From: Candidatus Levyibacteriota bacterium
GTDB lineage: Bacteria; Patescibacteriota; Microgenomatia; Levybacterales; UBA12049
DNA length: 64,000 nt
Assembly (NCBI GenBank): GCA_038254115.1
Contig: JBBSGK010000004.1
Location: 4,227 to 68,226, forward strand
Direction: 5' to 3'
Part shown: piece by piece, positions 55,223-64,000 of the stretch
Layout: every line of letters starts with the position of its first letter
Numbering within the stretch: the first letter of the stretch is position 1
Position numbers and translations under genes: made by a program
The notes under the pieces: generated by a model
The model's database searches: none
What the model was told of the DNA's origin: nothing
Seen by the model: the letters and a program-made list of their open reading frames with translations, nothing else

Positions 55223-55284
55223 GAGTTAAGGTCTTGTGGTAAATTTTTCCTTGATTCTTGATTCGTTATTATTAATTCATATCT

Positions 55285-57078
55285 ATGAAAACAGGATACG
55301 CCTTTGGTGAGCATATAAAAACAGAGAAGATCAAAAAAAGAAGATATTCGTCAGGTCCGTCGGATTTTAACTCGCGCGAATTTTTTCTTCCCCTTGCACT
55401 TTTTGGAGCAGCCGTTCTTCTGATATCCAAACTATTTTATCTGCAAGTGGTTAAGGGTTCTGATTTCCGGGCGCTTTCTGATTCCAACCGAATAAGGACT
55501 CAAATTATTCATGCTCCGCGGGGTGCTATATTTGACCGGAACGGTGTCCCGCTTGTAATAAATAATCCGGGATTCAGGCAGGTAAATAAAGACAAATCAA
55601 CAATCTTGACTCGGGATCAGGCGCTGCCTCTTATTGCAAAAGGGGATAAAAATCTCGAGGTAGACTCTCTCAGGAATTATGTCTTAAAAGACAGTCTGAG
55701 CCATGTTATCGGATACATCGGCCAGGTCTCCAAGCCCGAGCTCGATTCAGGGGAGTTTAATGATTACCGTGGTACTGATTGGATAGGTAAAAGCGGAATT
55801 GAGAGGCAATATGAACACATATTGAGGGGCACAGACGGTAAGCAACTGGTTGAAGTCAATGCAATGGGTAATAAAGTGCGTCCACTTGGCACGACCGATC
55901 CAATTTCAGGGCAGGATATCACACTGACGATTGATTCGAAGCTTCAGCAAGTTGTATTTGACGCGACAAAAGATGTAAAAAAGGGCGCTGTTATCGTCTC
56001 CAGCCCGACAGGTGAAATTCTGGCAATGGTTTCGCGTCCTTCTTATGACCCCAATCTTTTTACCCTGGATAAAACTTATAAAGTTGCAACGGATGCAGCG
56101 CATCAAAATGTAAGTGAGATACTTCTGGATTCACAAAATCAGCCGCTTTTGAACAGGGCAATTGCAGGTACATATCCTCCCGGCTCAACATACAAAATAG
56201 TGACAGCCGCCGCCGGACTTAATGAAAATATTATTGATGAGAATTACAAGATACGCGACAGCGGTGTAATAAAAGTCGGGGAGTTTTCTTTTGCGAATTG
56301 GTACTATACGGGTTATGGCAGGACAGAGCCGGGTGAGCTAAATGTAGTCCGTGCACTGGCTCGGTCCAATGACATTTTTTTCTACAAACTTGCTGAAAAA
56401 GTAAGTCCTGACAAGCTATCTGAAATGGCAGTAAAATTTGGTTTGGGAAATAAATCGGGCATTGACTTGGGAGGAGAAGCAAAAGGTTTGGTTCCTACTG
56501 AAAAATGGAAAAAAACTGTAATTGGGGAGGGATGGTACTTGGGAGACACTTATCATTATGGAATAGGACAGGGATTTTTATTGACAACACCTCTTCAAGT
56601 TAATGAATGGACAGAGGTAGTTGCAAATGGCGGGAGTCTGTACGAGCCACATTTGCTGAAAGCTCAAAGTGAAAAGCGCAAAAGCGCAAATATTTTGAAT
56701 GATAAGACGATTTCTTTGATCAGGCAGGGAATGATTGAAAGCTGCTCAACGGGAGGTGTTGCGTGGCCATTATTCAAGTTTAAAGTTCAAAATCCAAAGT
56801 TAAAAGTTGATGGCAAAAATATTTTGGAAGTAAAAGAAGCCAGTGAATCAGCAAAATCTGAAAGCTTGAGAGAGATTGCGGTGGCGTGCAAGACTGGAAC
56901 CGCCCAGCATGGAGGGGAGACGACCCTGCCTCATGCATGGATTACCCTCTTTGCTCCTGCATACAATCCCCAAGTTGTAGTAACTGTTTTGAATGAGGAG
57001 AGTGGGGAAGGCTCAAATGAGGCAGCCCCAATAGCTAAAAAGATATTGGAAGCCTATTTTACAGAAACACCTCAATAA
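55285..57078 (+). CDS. mrdA: penicillin-binding protein 2 (peptidoglycan D,D-transpeptidase)
   Basis: N-terminal anchor, dimerisation domain, and transpeptidase motifs SxxK (PGSTYKIV), SxN (ARSNDIFFY) and KTG (ACKTGTAQ). It contains (AAAGCGC)x2 at 56672-56689. Confidence 0.9.
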   Translation: MKTGYAFGEHIKTEKIKKRRYSSGPSDFNSREFFLPLALFGAAVLLISKLFYLQVVKGSDFRALSDSNRIRTQIIHAPRGAIFDRNGVPLVINNPGFRQVNKDKSTILTRDQALPLIAKGDKNLEVDSLRNYVLKDSLSHVIGYIGQVSKPELDSGEFNDYRGTDWIGKSGIERQYEHILRGTDGKQLVEVNAMGNKVRPLGTTDPISGQDITLTIDSKLQQVVFDATKDVKKGAVIVSSPTGEILAMVSRPSYDPNLFTLDKTYKVATDAAHQNVSEILLDSQNQPLLNRAIAGTYPPGSTYKIVTAAAGLNENIIDENYKIRDSGVIKVGEFSFANWYYTGYGRTEPGELNVVRALARSNDIFFYKLAEKVSPDKLSEMAVKFGLGNKSGIDLGGEAKGLVPTEKWKKTVIGEGWYLGDTYHYGIGQGFLLTTPLQVNEWTEVVANGGSLYEPHLLKAQSEKRKSANILNDKTISLIRQGMIESCSTGGVAWPLFKFKVQNPKLKVDGKNILEVKEASESAKSESLREIAVACKTGTAQHGGETTLPHAWITLFAPAYNPQVVVTVLNEESGEGSNEAAPIAKKILEAYFTETPQ

Positions 57079-57098
57079 AATCTTGCACTTGAATTTTC

Positions 57099-57674
57099 TT
57101 GCCCCCCCTGATAGAATATAGGACTATGAGATTTGAAAAGCAAGATAGAAGACCACATGTAGCAAGGGATGGTCAACGCGGCAGAAGCGAGGAGGGCTCG
57201 GAGCTTCCGGCCGGCCCAAGAAAAAGTTTTTTTGATGCTGTTAACCAAAAGGGTTCTGATATGCGTGATTTAGCCTGCCGAGGGTTACTATATCAGTCAA
57301 CAACTGGCGAGATAACTGTGGGAAGTAATCCCCAAAATGGGCCAAAAGTTACAATAACGGTTGATATTAAGGCAAATCGTGATATGGTGGTTCATAGACG
57401 CATATATCATGATTCCAGCGGCAAGCATCTAAAAAGACATGATGAATTGGAACTTACATCTTCAGACAGGGATCCAGCAACAAGAACTTTCACAAGAATT
57501 AGAATTGAGAGTGAGGATCACATAAGCGGAAAAAAGTCTTTCACCATTGATAATGAGGGACCAGATCAAGTAGTAGACCAAAGCGGTGTAGATTTTGCAA
57601 CAAAAATTCTTAAAGATGCATCCGGTGATTTAAAGCGCTTAATGAGACCTGAGGCATCTGATGAGTTCGCGTAA
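57099..57674 (+). CDS. hypothetical protein (Arg-rich) inserted after mrdA
   Basis: 191-aa ORF, bracketed by the mrdA 3' end and its duplicate. Confidence 0.5.
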   Translation: MPPLIEYRTMRFEKQDRRPHVARDGQRGRSEEGSELPAGPRKSFFDAVNQKGSDMRDLACRGLLYQSTTGEITVGSNPQNGPKVTITVDIKANRDMVVHRRIYHDSSGKHLKRHDELELTSSDRDPATRTFTRIRIESEDHISGKKSFTIDNEGPDQVVDQSGVDFATKILKDASGDLKRLMRPEASDEFA

Positions 57675-57687
57675 CTCTCCCCAAAAA

Positions 57688-57733
57688 GCCAAAAAAATCT
57701 TGGAAGCGTATTTTACAGATCGAAAATAATTGA
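57688..57733 (+). pseudogene. degenerate duplicate of the mrdA 3' terminus
   Basis: GCCAAAAAAATCTTGGAAGCGTATTTTACAGATCGAAAATAATTGA encodes KKILEAYFTDRK*, versus genuine GCTAAAAAGATATTGGAAGCCTATTTTACAGAAACACCTCAATAA (AKKILEAYFTETPQ*) at 57034-57078. Confidence 0.65.
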
Positions 57734-57779
57734 TTCTTCAAATACTTGATTTTTATTAATCTTATGTTATTATTTTGCT

Positions 57780-58115
57780 ATGATTGATAGGGACCAGGTC
57801 CGAGCAAGGTATAGGAGATTAAAGCCTTTTGTAAGCAGTTTAGAGAGCGTACCAAAAGCAGAGCAATTGTGGAGAAACAAAGACCGAGGCGTAATATTCT
57901 CATTATTAAAATATGCAACTTTAGAAGACGCAGTATTAGGTGATTACACTGGGGCAGAACTAAATTTACGTGGGAGATTAAGAGCAAGAACAAAAGTTGT
58001 TGATGATTTTGTCAGAGCTTTTGGTAAGCCAACTAGAGAAAAATTGACTAAAGTGCTGGGAGTACCTAAAAAGGTAATATGGGAAGATCCAAGAATTAAT
58101 AGATCCTCACAATAA
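57780..58115 (+). CDS. hypothetical protein (Arg-rich)
   Basis: 111-aa ORF. Confidence 0.4.
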   Translation: MIDRDQVRARYRRLKPFVSSLESVPKAEQLWRNKDRGVIFSLLKYATLEDAVLGDYTGAELNLRGRLRARTKVVDDFVRAFGKPTREKLTKVLGVPKKVIWEDPRINRSSQ

Positions 58116-58138
58116 GACTGGATTCTGCATAAAGATTA

Positions 58139-58765
58139 TTGTATAATACCGCCATGGTATTAGCAGAAGTAGAAACAGAAGGCAAAGAACAAGATGGGTA
58201 TTTCAGAGTCCGCAGGTTTGTCGCCCGGGTGTCGGATCTGCATGAGCTTCAGGAACAAAGACTTGAAGGTATGAAGATGGAGCGAGGGGTCGGATCGCTT
58301 GATGGCCAGATCGCTATAGTTGAGGAGGATTTGCGTGACAGAGCTGAGCAGACTGAGGTGCAGGATTGGGCAGCCAGAAAGAAGGAGCAGTACGATGCCG
58401 AGTTTACTGGACTTGTGCGCCAAAAAGGGCGACGGGGACAAAGCCTCTCAGCATTAGATGAAGAGATTGAAGCTCTAAGAGGAAGTAAAGAGGTCTTAGC
58501 TCTACGTTGGTACTTAGAAAGTAGGCAGGGAGGGTCGAGAAAGAGGGGCCAAAAATCTCCATCAGCAAATGCGCAGAAACGAGTTGCTGCACTTGGTAGG
58601 GCTATTAAAGATGGAAATTATAGAACACCACAGGGGCATTTTGCAGTAGGGCGAGCAGCAACAGATATTGGAATAGGGCCAAATACTGCCAAAAGAGATT
58701 TTATGAGACTGCCAGCAGATCAAAGAGGGGGACTGACCCTTAGAACAGCCGCTCCTAGAAAATAA
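58139..58765 (+). CDS. hypothetical protein (Arg-rich)
   Basis: 208-aa ORF. Confidence 0.45.
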   Translation: MYNTAMVLAEVETEGKEQDGYFRVRRFVARVSDLHELQEQRLEGMKMERGVGSLDGQIAIVEEDLRDRAEQTEVQDWAARKKEQYDAEFTGLVRQKGRRGQSLSALDEEIEALRGSKEVLALRWYLESRQGGSRKRGQKSPSANAQKRVAALGRAIKDGNYRTPQGHFAVGRAATDIGIGPNTAKRDFMRLPADQRGGLTLRTAAPRK

Positions 58766-58789
58766 CCTCATTATGCTACTATAAATAGT

Positions 58790-59914
58790 ATGCAAGAAAG
58801 ATCATATTGGCTTGGGTTTTCTTCTTTTTCGGGGATTGGGCCCAAGAAGTGTGAAGCTTTATTAAATGAATTCGGCACTGCTGAGGATGCATGGAAAGCG
58901 GATTTTAAAAATCTGGAGAAAGTATTGGGGAAAGCGCTTACCCCAAAGTTTGCAGATTTCCGTGACAGTTTCTCGATAGCAGACTATGAAAAACAACTCC
59001 TAAGGAAAAAGGTGGGATATTTGATTCTTACGGATAAAGATTACCCGTTCTTGTTAAAACAAATCAAGAAACCTCCATTTGTACTTTATTATAAGGGTAA
59101 TATTGAGATCTTGAAACAAGACGTGCCTACCGGTAGGCAGGTTCAGGATGACTATAAATCTATTGCGATTGTCGGGACGCGGCGGATTACTGAGTATGGA
59201 AAACAAGTGACTACCAGTCTTACAATGGACTTGGTAAACAATGGTTTTGTAGTTGTTTCAGGGCTTGCTCTGGGAGTTGACGCTGCAGCCCACAAGGCAA
59301 CTATCTTGAATAAAGGCAAGACAATAGCGGTACTTGGGTGCGGAGTTGATTGCTGTTATCCCAGGGAGAACCAGCAGATTTATGATAACATTCTTGAGAG
59401 TGGGGGAGCGATTGTGTCTGAATATTCTCTTGGTGAGCCCCCCTCAAAAGGATCTTTTCCATCAAGAAATCGAATTATCTCAGGTTTGTCATGCGGCGTA
59501 ATTGTAACAGAAGGATCTGCAGATAGCGGGGCGTTGTATACGGCAGATGATGCATTTGCCAATGGACGGCCCGTATTCGCAGTTCCAGGGCCCATCACAT
59601 CGAGCCTCTCAAAAGGCCCTCATGGATTGATAGGAAAAGGGGCAAAGCTTATAAGCGGGGCTGGGGAAATCATAGAGGAATTAGGTTTCAGAGGAGACAG
59701 AAGAGACAAAGGGGAGAGAGGGGCGAAGAGTTTTAAGGGAGATACAAAAGATGAACAGAGAATTATCGATCTCCTGCAGAATGAAAGCCTGCATTTTGAT
59801 GAGATTGTAAAACGAAGCAAGATCAGGTCTTCAAAACTGGGCGGAATTCTTTCAATGATGGAGATGAAAGGAATTGTAAAAAGTCAGGAAGCTGGCTTTT
59901 TCTGTTTGATTTAG
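58790..59914 (+). CDS. dprA: DNA-processing protein A (Smf/DprA)
   Basis: Rossmann-like DprA core IAIVGTRRITEYGKQ...VVSGLALGVDAAAHKA...IAVLGCGVD..YP, plus a C-terminal winged-helix-like domain. Confidence 0.85.
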   Translation: MQERSYWLGFSSFSGIGPKKCEALLNEFGTAEDAWKADFKNLEKVLGKALTPKFADFRDSFSIADYEKQLLRKKVGYLILTDKDYPFLLKQIKKPPFVLYYKGNIEILKQDVPTGRQVQDDYKSIAIVGTRRITEYGKQVTTSLTMDLVNNGFVVVSGLALGVDAAAHKATILNKGKTIAVLGCGVDCCYPRENQQIYDNILESGGAIVSEYSLGEPPSKGSFPSRNRIISGLSCGVIVTEGSADSGALYTADDAFANGRPVFAVPGPITSSLSKGPHGLIGKGAKLISGAGEIIEELGFRGDRRDKGERGAKSFKGDTKDEQRIIDLLQNESLHFDEIVKRSKIRSSKLGGILSMMEMKGIVKSQEAGFFCLI

Positions 59915-59924
59915 TCAAGTTTTC

Positions 59925-61760
59925 TTGACAAGGTCCCGAATTTCTAATACGCTGATATTAGCTATCAAACATCCTGCCCGTAAACACAAAGTTAAGAAAA
60001 AAAGTATGATACAAAAAATAAAATCCTTCATAAGTAGGATTAACCCCCGCAGTCCAATTGTAATTACCATTATATTCTCAGCTATTTTATTATTTTTAAT
60101 TGTTGTAGCAATTGCGAACCGCAGCGCTCAGGAGAATCAGCTAACAAGCAACTCATTATTGACCCCGACCCCAACTTCTAAATTCGTTCCCAAAAGTGAA
60201 TATATTAAGGGTCAAATAAATGTAAAATTCAAAGACGGTTTGACTGACGCTGTTATAAATGGGAGGTTACTCAAATATAATGCCCAGATCAAATCCACAA
60301 TTTCAGGAATCAACGTGAAGGTCATTGCTGTACCCGTAGGACAGGAAGCTGCAGTGCGTGTTGCCCTTGTAAAAGAGGGAATAGTCAAATACGCAGAGCT
60401 GGATCACATAGCTCACGGGACATTTGTGCCAAATGATGCCAACTTCCCAAATCAGTATGGGCTAAATAATAAAGGTCAAAGTATAAAAGGACATAAAGGA
60501 AAGGCCAATGCCGATATACACATAGAAGAAGCTTGGGATGTTACAAAAGGGAGCGGCATGAATATCGTAATTCTGGATACAGGAATTGATTTAAATCATC
60601 CTGAATTTTCCGACAAAGTCGTTTTGCAAAAAATATTTATAACAAATTCAATTGATGATGGATATGGACATGGAACACATACGGCCGGAATTTTGGCTGC
60701 TAATACTAATAATAATCAAGGAATTGCCGGAGCATGTCCTGACTGCAAGCTAATTGTTGGGAAAGTACTTGATGATACGGCCAGTGGACCATATTCTGTA
60801 ATTTCGCAGGGAATTACCTGGGCAGCCGACAATAATGCAAAAGTGATAAGCATGAGCCTTGGAGGATATGATGATGACAGCACCTTAAGAGATGCTGTGA
60901 ATTATGCGTGGGGTAAGGGATCTGTTTTGATAGCCGCTGCAGGAAACGATAGCACTGCCACTAAGTTTTATCCGGCAGCTGATTCGAACGTTATATCTGT
61001 TGCCGCAACTGATAATAATGACGTTAAAGCAAGTTTCTCAAATTATGGAGATTGGGTTATGATTGCCGCACCGGGGAAAGATATTTTTTCGACATTTCCA
61101 ACGCATGCTTATAATATTCAGAGATCAATTAGTACTGCTTTGAATTACGATTACCTCTCGGGAACATCCATGGCAACGCCTATGGTATCAGGAGTTGCCG
61201 CTCTTATCTGGACAACACCTTATGGAACATCAAACCAAGCAGTTGTGGATAGGCTTTTTAGTACTGTTGATCCGATAACCGGAACAGGCACCTATTGGCA
61301 GAAGGGCAGACTAAATGCAGTCGCAGCTGTTGGGGCTGCTGTTGCAATCCCAACGCCAACTTTAACTCCAAATCCAACTGTCAGCCCGACAGATTTTCCG
61401 AATCCATCTCCATCTGATACGCCAACCGTTACAGTAAATCCTCCTACTTCTACTCCAGAGCCCAGTCAGCCCGTACCTACCTTTGTCTGCGGAGGGTCTC
61501 CTTTCAGTATCTGTACTTCTCCTACTGTTACGCAAGGCCCTGTTATTACAAAAATTCCTAAGAATCCTAATTTGACAGGAGTCCCAACTCCCAACGGACC
61601 CTGCTTGAATCCTAGGGATCCTGGTTTTGTTCAAAAGATACATACCTGGGTCTCGGATGTACGTAAGACCATTCAGGATTTCGTTAACTCTATATTGGGC
61701 AATCCAACAGCTCCGCGTCCTGCTCCTCCCAAGATCGTCCCACCTTGCATTCAGCATTAG
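59925..61760 (+). CDS. subtilisin-like serine protease (S8), second paralog, with a Pro/Thr-rich C-terminal region
   Basis: ILDTGIDLNHPEF, HGTHTAGILAANTNN and LSGTSMATPMVSGVAAL. The C-terminal 130 aa is P/T-rich and low-complexity. Confidence 0.9.
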   Translation: MTRSRISNTLILAIKHPARKHKVKKKSMIQKIKSFISRINPRSPIVITIIFSAILLFLIVVAIANRSAQENQLTSNSLLTPTPTSKFVPKSEYIKGQINVKFKDGLTDAVINGRLLKYNAQIKSTISGINVKVIAVPVGQEAAVRVALVKEGIVKYAELDHIAHGTFVPNDANFPNQYGLNNKGQSIKGHKGKANADIHIEEAWDVTKGSGMNIVILDTGIDLNHPEFSDKVVLQKIFITNSIDDGYGHGTHTAGILAANTNNNQGIAGACPDCKLIVGKVLDDTASGPYSVISQGITWAADNNAKVISMSLGGYDDDSTLRDAVNYAWGKGSVLIAAAGNDSTATKFYPAADSNVISVAATDNNDVKASFSNYGDWVMIAAPGKDIFSTFPTHAYNIQRSISTALNYDYLSGTSMATPMVSGVAALIWTTPYGTSNQAVVDRLFSTVDPITGTGTYWQKGRLNAVAAVGAAVAIPTPTLTPNPTVSPTDFPNPSPSDTPTVTVNPPTSTPEPSQPVPTFVCGGSPFSICTSPTVTQGPVITKIPKNPNLTGVPTPNGPCLNPRDPGFVQKIHTWVSDVRKTIQDFVNSILGNPTAPRPAPPKIVPPCIQH

Positions 61761-61803
61761 AAATGCATAGGCTTGACAACTACTGTATAATCTAGATTAC
61801 GTT

Positions 61804-63876
61804 ATGAAACATTTAGTCATCGTAGAATCACCGACAAAAGCCCGTACTATTACTAAATTTTTAGGAAGTGATTACGACATCAAATTCTCAATGGGGCATG
61901 TCATGGATTTGCCTAAGAGCCGATTGAGCATTGATGTCGAAAATAATTTTACACCTCTATATGAAGTGATAGGGGACAAAAAAAAATTAATAGCTGAGCT
62001 TAAGAGTCTCGCCAAAAACGCAGATACTATCATTCTGGCAACTGATCCTGACCGCGAAGGAGAGGCGATAGCCGCGCATATAAAGGATGTACTTAGCACA
62101 AATTTAAAACTTAAAACTCAGGATTTAAAAAAATTTCAGAGGATTGCTTTCCATGAAATAACGGAAAGCGCGATCAAAGAGGCTTTGCTTCACCCCCGAG
62201 ATATTGACACAAATTTGGTTAATGCGCAGACAGCAAGGCGCGTTCTTGACCGTTTGGTTGGATATGAGCTGTCACCGCTCCTTTGGAAAAAAGTAAGACG
62301 CGGTTTGTCAGCAGGACGTGTCCAGAGCGTTGCTTTGCGTTTGATTGTACAAAGAGAGCGTGAGATTGAGAGATTTGCAAAAAGTAATTACTGGACAATT
62401 CATGCACTATTTGCAAATAAAATCGGGGAAGCTGAATTTGAACTTCTTGAAATAAATAATCAAAGAATTGAATCAAAGGAAAAATTTACTCTTTATGATG
62501 GGGAATATAATGTAAGTAAAACAACTCTCGATTCAGAAAAAAAAGCGCAGGAAATTCTTAACGATCTGAAAGGCAAAGAATTTGTGGTCTCAGACGTTGC
62601 ACAAAAACAAGCCAAAAGAACACCAAGTCCTGTATTCACAACCTCTACTCTTCAGCAGGATGCTTCACGCAGATTTGGTTTCTCAGGAAAACGGACAATG
62701 AGTCTTGCCCAAAAACTTTATGAAGAGGGATTTATAACTTATCACAGGACTGACTCTATCGCTGTGTCCAAACAGGCGATAATAAAAATGCGGGAATTTA
62801 TAGAAAAGGAATATGGACGTAAATATCTTCCTGATTCACCGCGTATTTTTTCTGGAAAACAAAAGAACGCTCAAGAAGCGCATGAAGGAATCAGGCCGAC
62901 TCAAGCTGGTAGAAAGCAACAGGAAGTAACAGGCCAGATGGGTGTTGATTATGGTAAGCTTTATGACTTGATTTGGAGAAGAGCTCTGGCATCTCAGATG
63001 GCGGATGCCATAATTGAGTCGACTTCTGTTCTGGTTGATGCAAAAAACGGTTCATCCAATGTTTACCGCTTTAAAGCAGCAGGGTCTGTTCTCGTTTTTG
63101 ATGGATTTTTGAGACTAAATCCACAGGCTCTTAAGGATAACCAGTTACCAAAGTTTTCGGCTAATGAGATTCTTGTTGAGAAAAACATAAGGTCCGATGC
63201 TCATGAAACAGCGCCTCCTCCCAGATACAATGAGGCCTCAATCATCGCAACTCTTGAGGAAAAAGGAATCGGCAGGCCATCCACATATGCTGCTATTATC
63301 TCAACTCTAGTTGACCGCGCCTATGTTGAACGGGTTGAGCGGAAATTTGTCCCAACACCGATTGGAATGTCGGTAAATGATTTCTTGGTTGCCAATTTCG
63401 GAGATATTGATGATATTCCATTTACGGCCTCGATGGAGGAGACACTGGATGACGTAGCCAATGGTAAAAAAGATTGGGTTGCGATGATGAAGGATTTTTA
63501 TATTCCTTTTGAAAAAGACATAAAAGACGCTGAAGGATCTGAAAGAGTTGCTATTGCAACTGAGGCAACCGATGAAAAGTGCCCTGAGTGCTCATCAACA
63601 CTTGTCATAAGACATGGTAAATTTGGAAAGTTTCTCTCCTGCAGCACTTTTCCTGACTGTAAATTCACAAAAGCTTTTGTTGAGGAGACTGACTCGCTTT
63701 GCCCCAAAGACGCGGGCAAGATAGTTGTCCGCAAAACACGAAAAGGCCGCAAATTCTATGGCTGCGCCAATTATCCCAAATGCGACTTCGCAGCATGGAA
63801 GCTTGAGGATATAAATAAAAGCGCAGAAGAGAAAGAGCGAAAAAGTGCAAAAAAATCCACTGAGAAAAAGAAATAA
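61804..63876 (+). CDS. topA: DNA topoisomerase I
   Basis: TOPRIM N-terminus (MKHLVIVESPTKARTI...DPDREGEAIA), catalytic Tyr region (YITYHRTDS), and C-terminal zinc-ribbon repeats (CPECSS...CSTFPDC, CPKDAG...CANYPKC). Confidence 0.93.
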   Translation: MKHLVIVESPTKARTITKFLGSDYDIKFSMGHVMDLPKSRLSIDVENNFTPLYEVIGDKKKLIAELKSLAKNADTIILATDPDREGEAIAAHIKDVLSTNLKLKTQDLKKFQRIAFHEITESAIKEALLHPRDIDTNLVNAQTARRVLDRLVGYELSPLLWKKVRRGLSAGRVQSVALRLIVQREREIERFAKSNYWTIHALFANKIGEAEFELLEINNQRIESKEKFTLYDGEYNVSKTTLDSEKKAQEILNDLKGKEFVVSDVAQKQAKRTPSPVFTTSTLQQDASRRFGFSGKRTMSLAQKLYEEGFITYHRTDSIAVSKQAIIKMREFIEKEYGRKYLPDSPRIFSGKQKNAQEAHEGIRPTQAGRKQQEVTGQMGVDYGKLYDLIWRRALASQMADAIIESTSVLVDAKNGSSNVYRFKAAGSVLVFDGFLRLNPQALKDNQLPKFSANEILVEKNIRSDAHETAPPPRYNEASIIATLEEKGIGRPSTYAAIISTLVDRAYVERVERKFVPTPIGMSVNDFLVANFGDIDDIPFTASMEETLDDVANGKKDWVAMMKDFYIPFEKDIKDAEGSERVAIATEATDEKCPECSSTLVIRHGKFGKFLSCSTFPDCKFTKAFVEETDSLCPKDAGKIVVRKTRKGRKFYGCANYPKCDFAAWKLEDINKSAEEKERKSAKKSTEKKK

Positions 63877-64000
63877 TTTTATTTAGTGAATTTGAAGGTG
63901 GAGAGCATGAGGTCAATCTCATTTGTGGGACATGGGCCGCCTATTAAAGTATCAATTACATAATGGTAGTCATTTTTCGTAATAGTATAGAATTCCGATA

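Noticed and set aside
1-64000. CRISPR arrays, rRNA genes, integrase or transposase genes
   Set aside because: No regularly spaced direct repeats with unique spacers were found. The heptamer arrays are contiguous tandem repeats, not repeat-spacer units. No rRNA-like conserved segments and no recombinase motifs were recognised.

Overview
This 64-kb window is AT-rich, has small tightly packed genes and Lys-rich core proteins, and its ribosomal/NusG/L1 proteins carry charged N-terminal extensions. I think it comes from a CPR/Patescibacteria-like bacterium, but that is inferred from composition, not tested. The core content is a secE-nusG-rplK-rplA ... rplJ-rplL ribosomal cluster on the minus strand, rpoD, guaA, galU, def-fmt, rpmB, mreB-mreC-mreD-mrdA, dprA, topA and four tRNAs. 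There is also a dense lipid-remodelling operon (two PAP2 phosphatase genes, two DgkB-like lipid kinase genes and a flippase-like membrane protein), an archaeal-type PEP carboxylase, a KAS-III-like enzyme and two subtilisin-like proteases. The most unusual feature recurs at four loci. A short terminus of a housekeeping gene (FMN reductase 3' end, mreB 3' end, mrdA 3' end, GNAT 5' end) is duplicated as a degenerate copy on the far side of a single inserted Arg-rich hypothetical gene. At the FMN-reductase locus this repeats three times in series, like a cassette array. This looks like repeated single-crossover (Campbell-type) or homology-anchored integration of small foreign cargo genes. The ribosomal-protein operon itself is split between rplA and rplJ by a 963-aa glycine-rich secreted repeat protein, and rplL is followed by a secreted protein instead of rpoB. 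The window also contains dispersed heptanucleotide tandem repeats, including an identical 19-mer inside both mreB and mrdA. It has a palindromic in-frame insert in guaA, a roughly 400-bp MITE-like element with 21-bp terminal inverted repeats plus a second partial copy 20 kb away, and a shared 20-bp palindromic operator-like site. I found no rRNA, CRISPR array, integrase or transposase gene.
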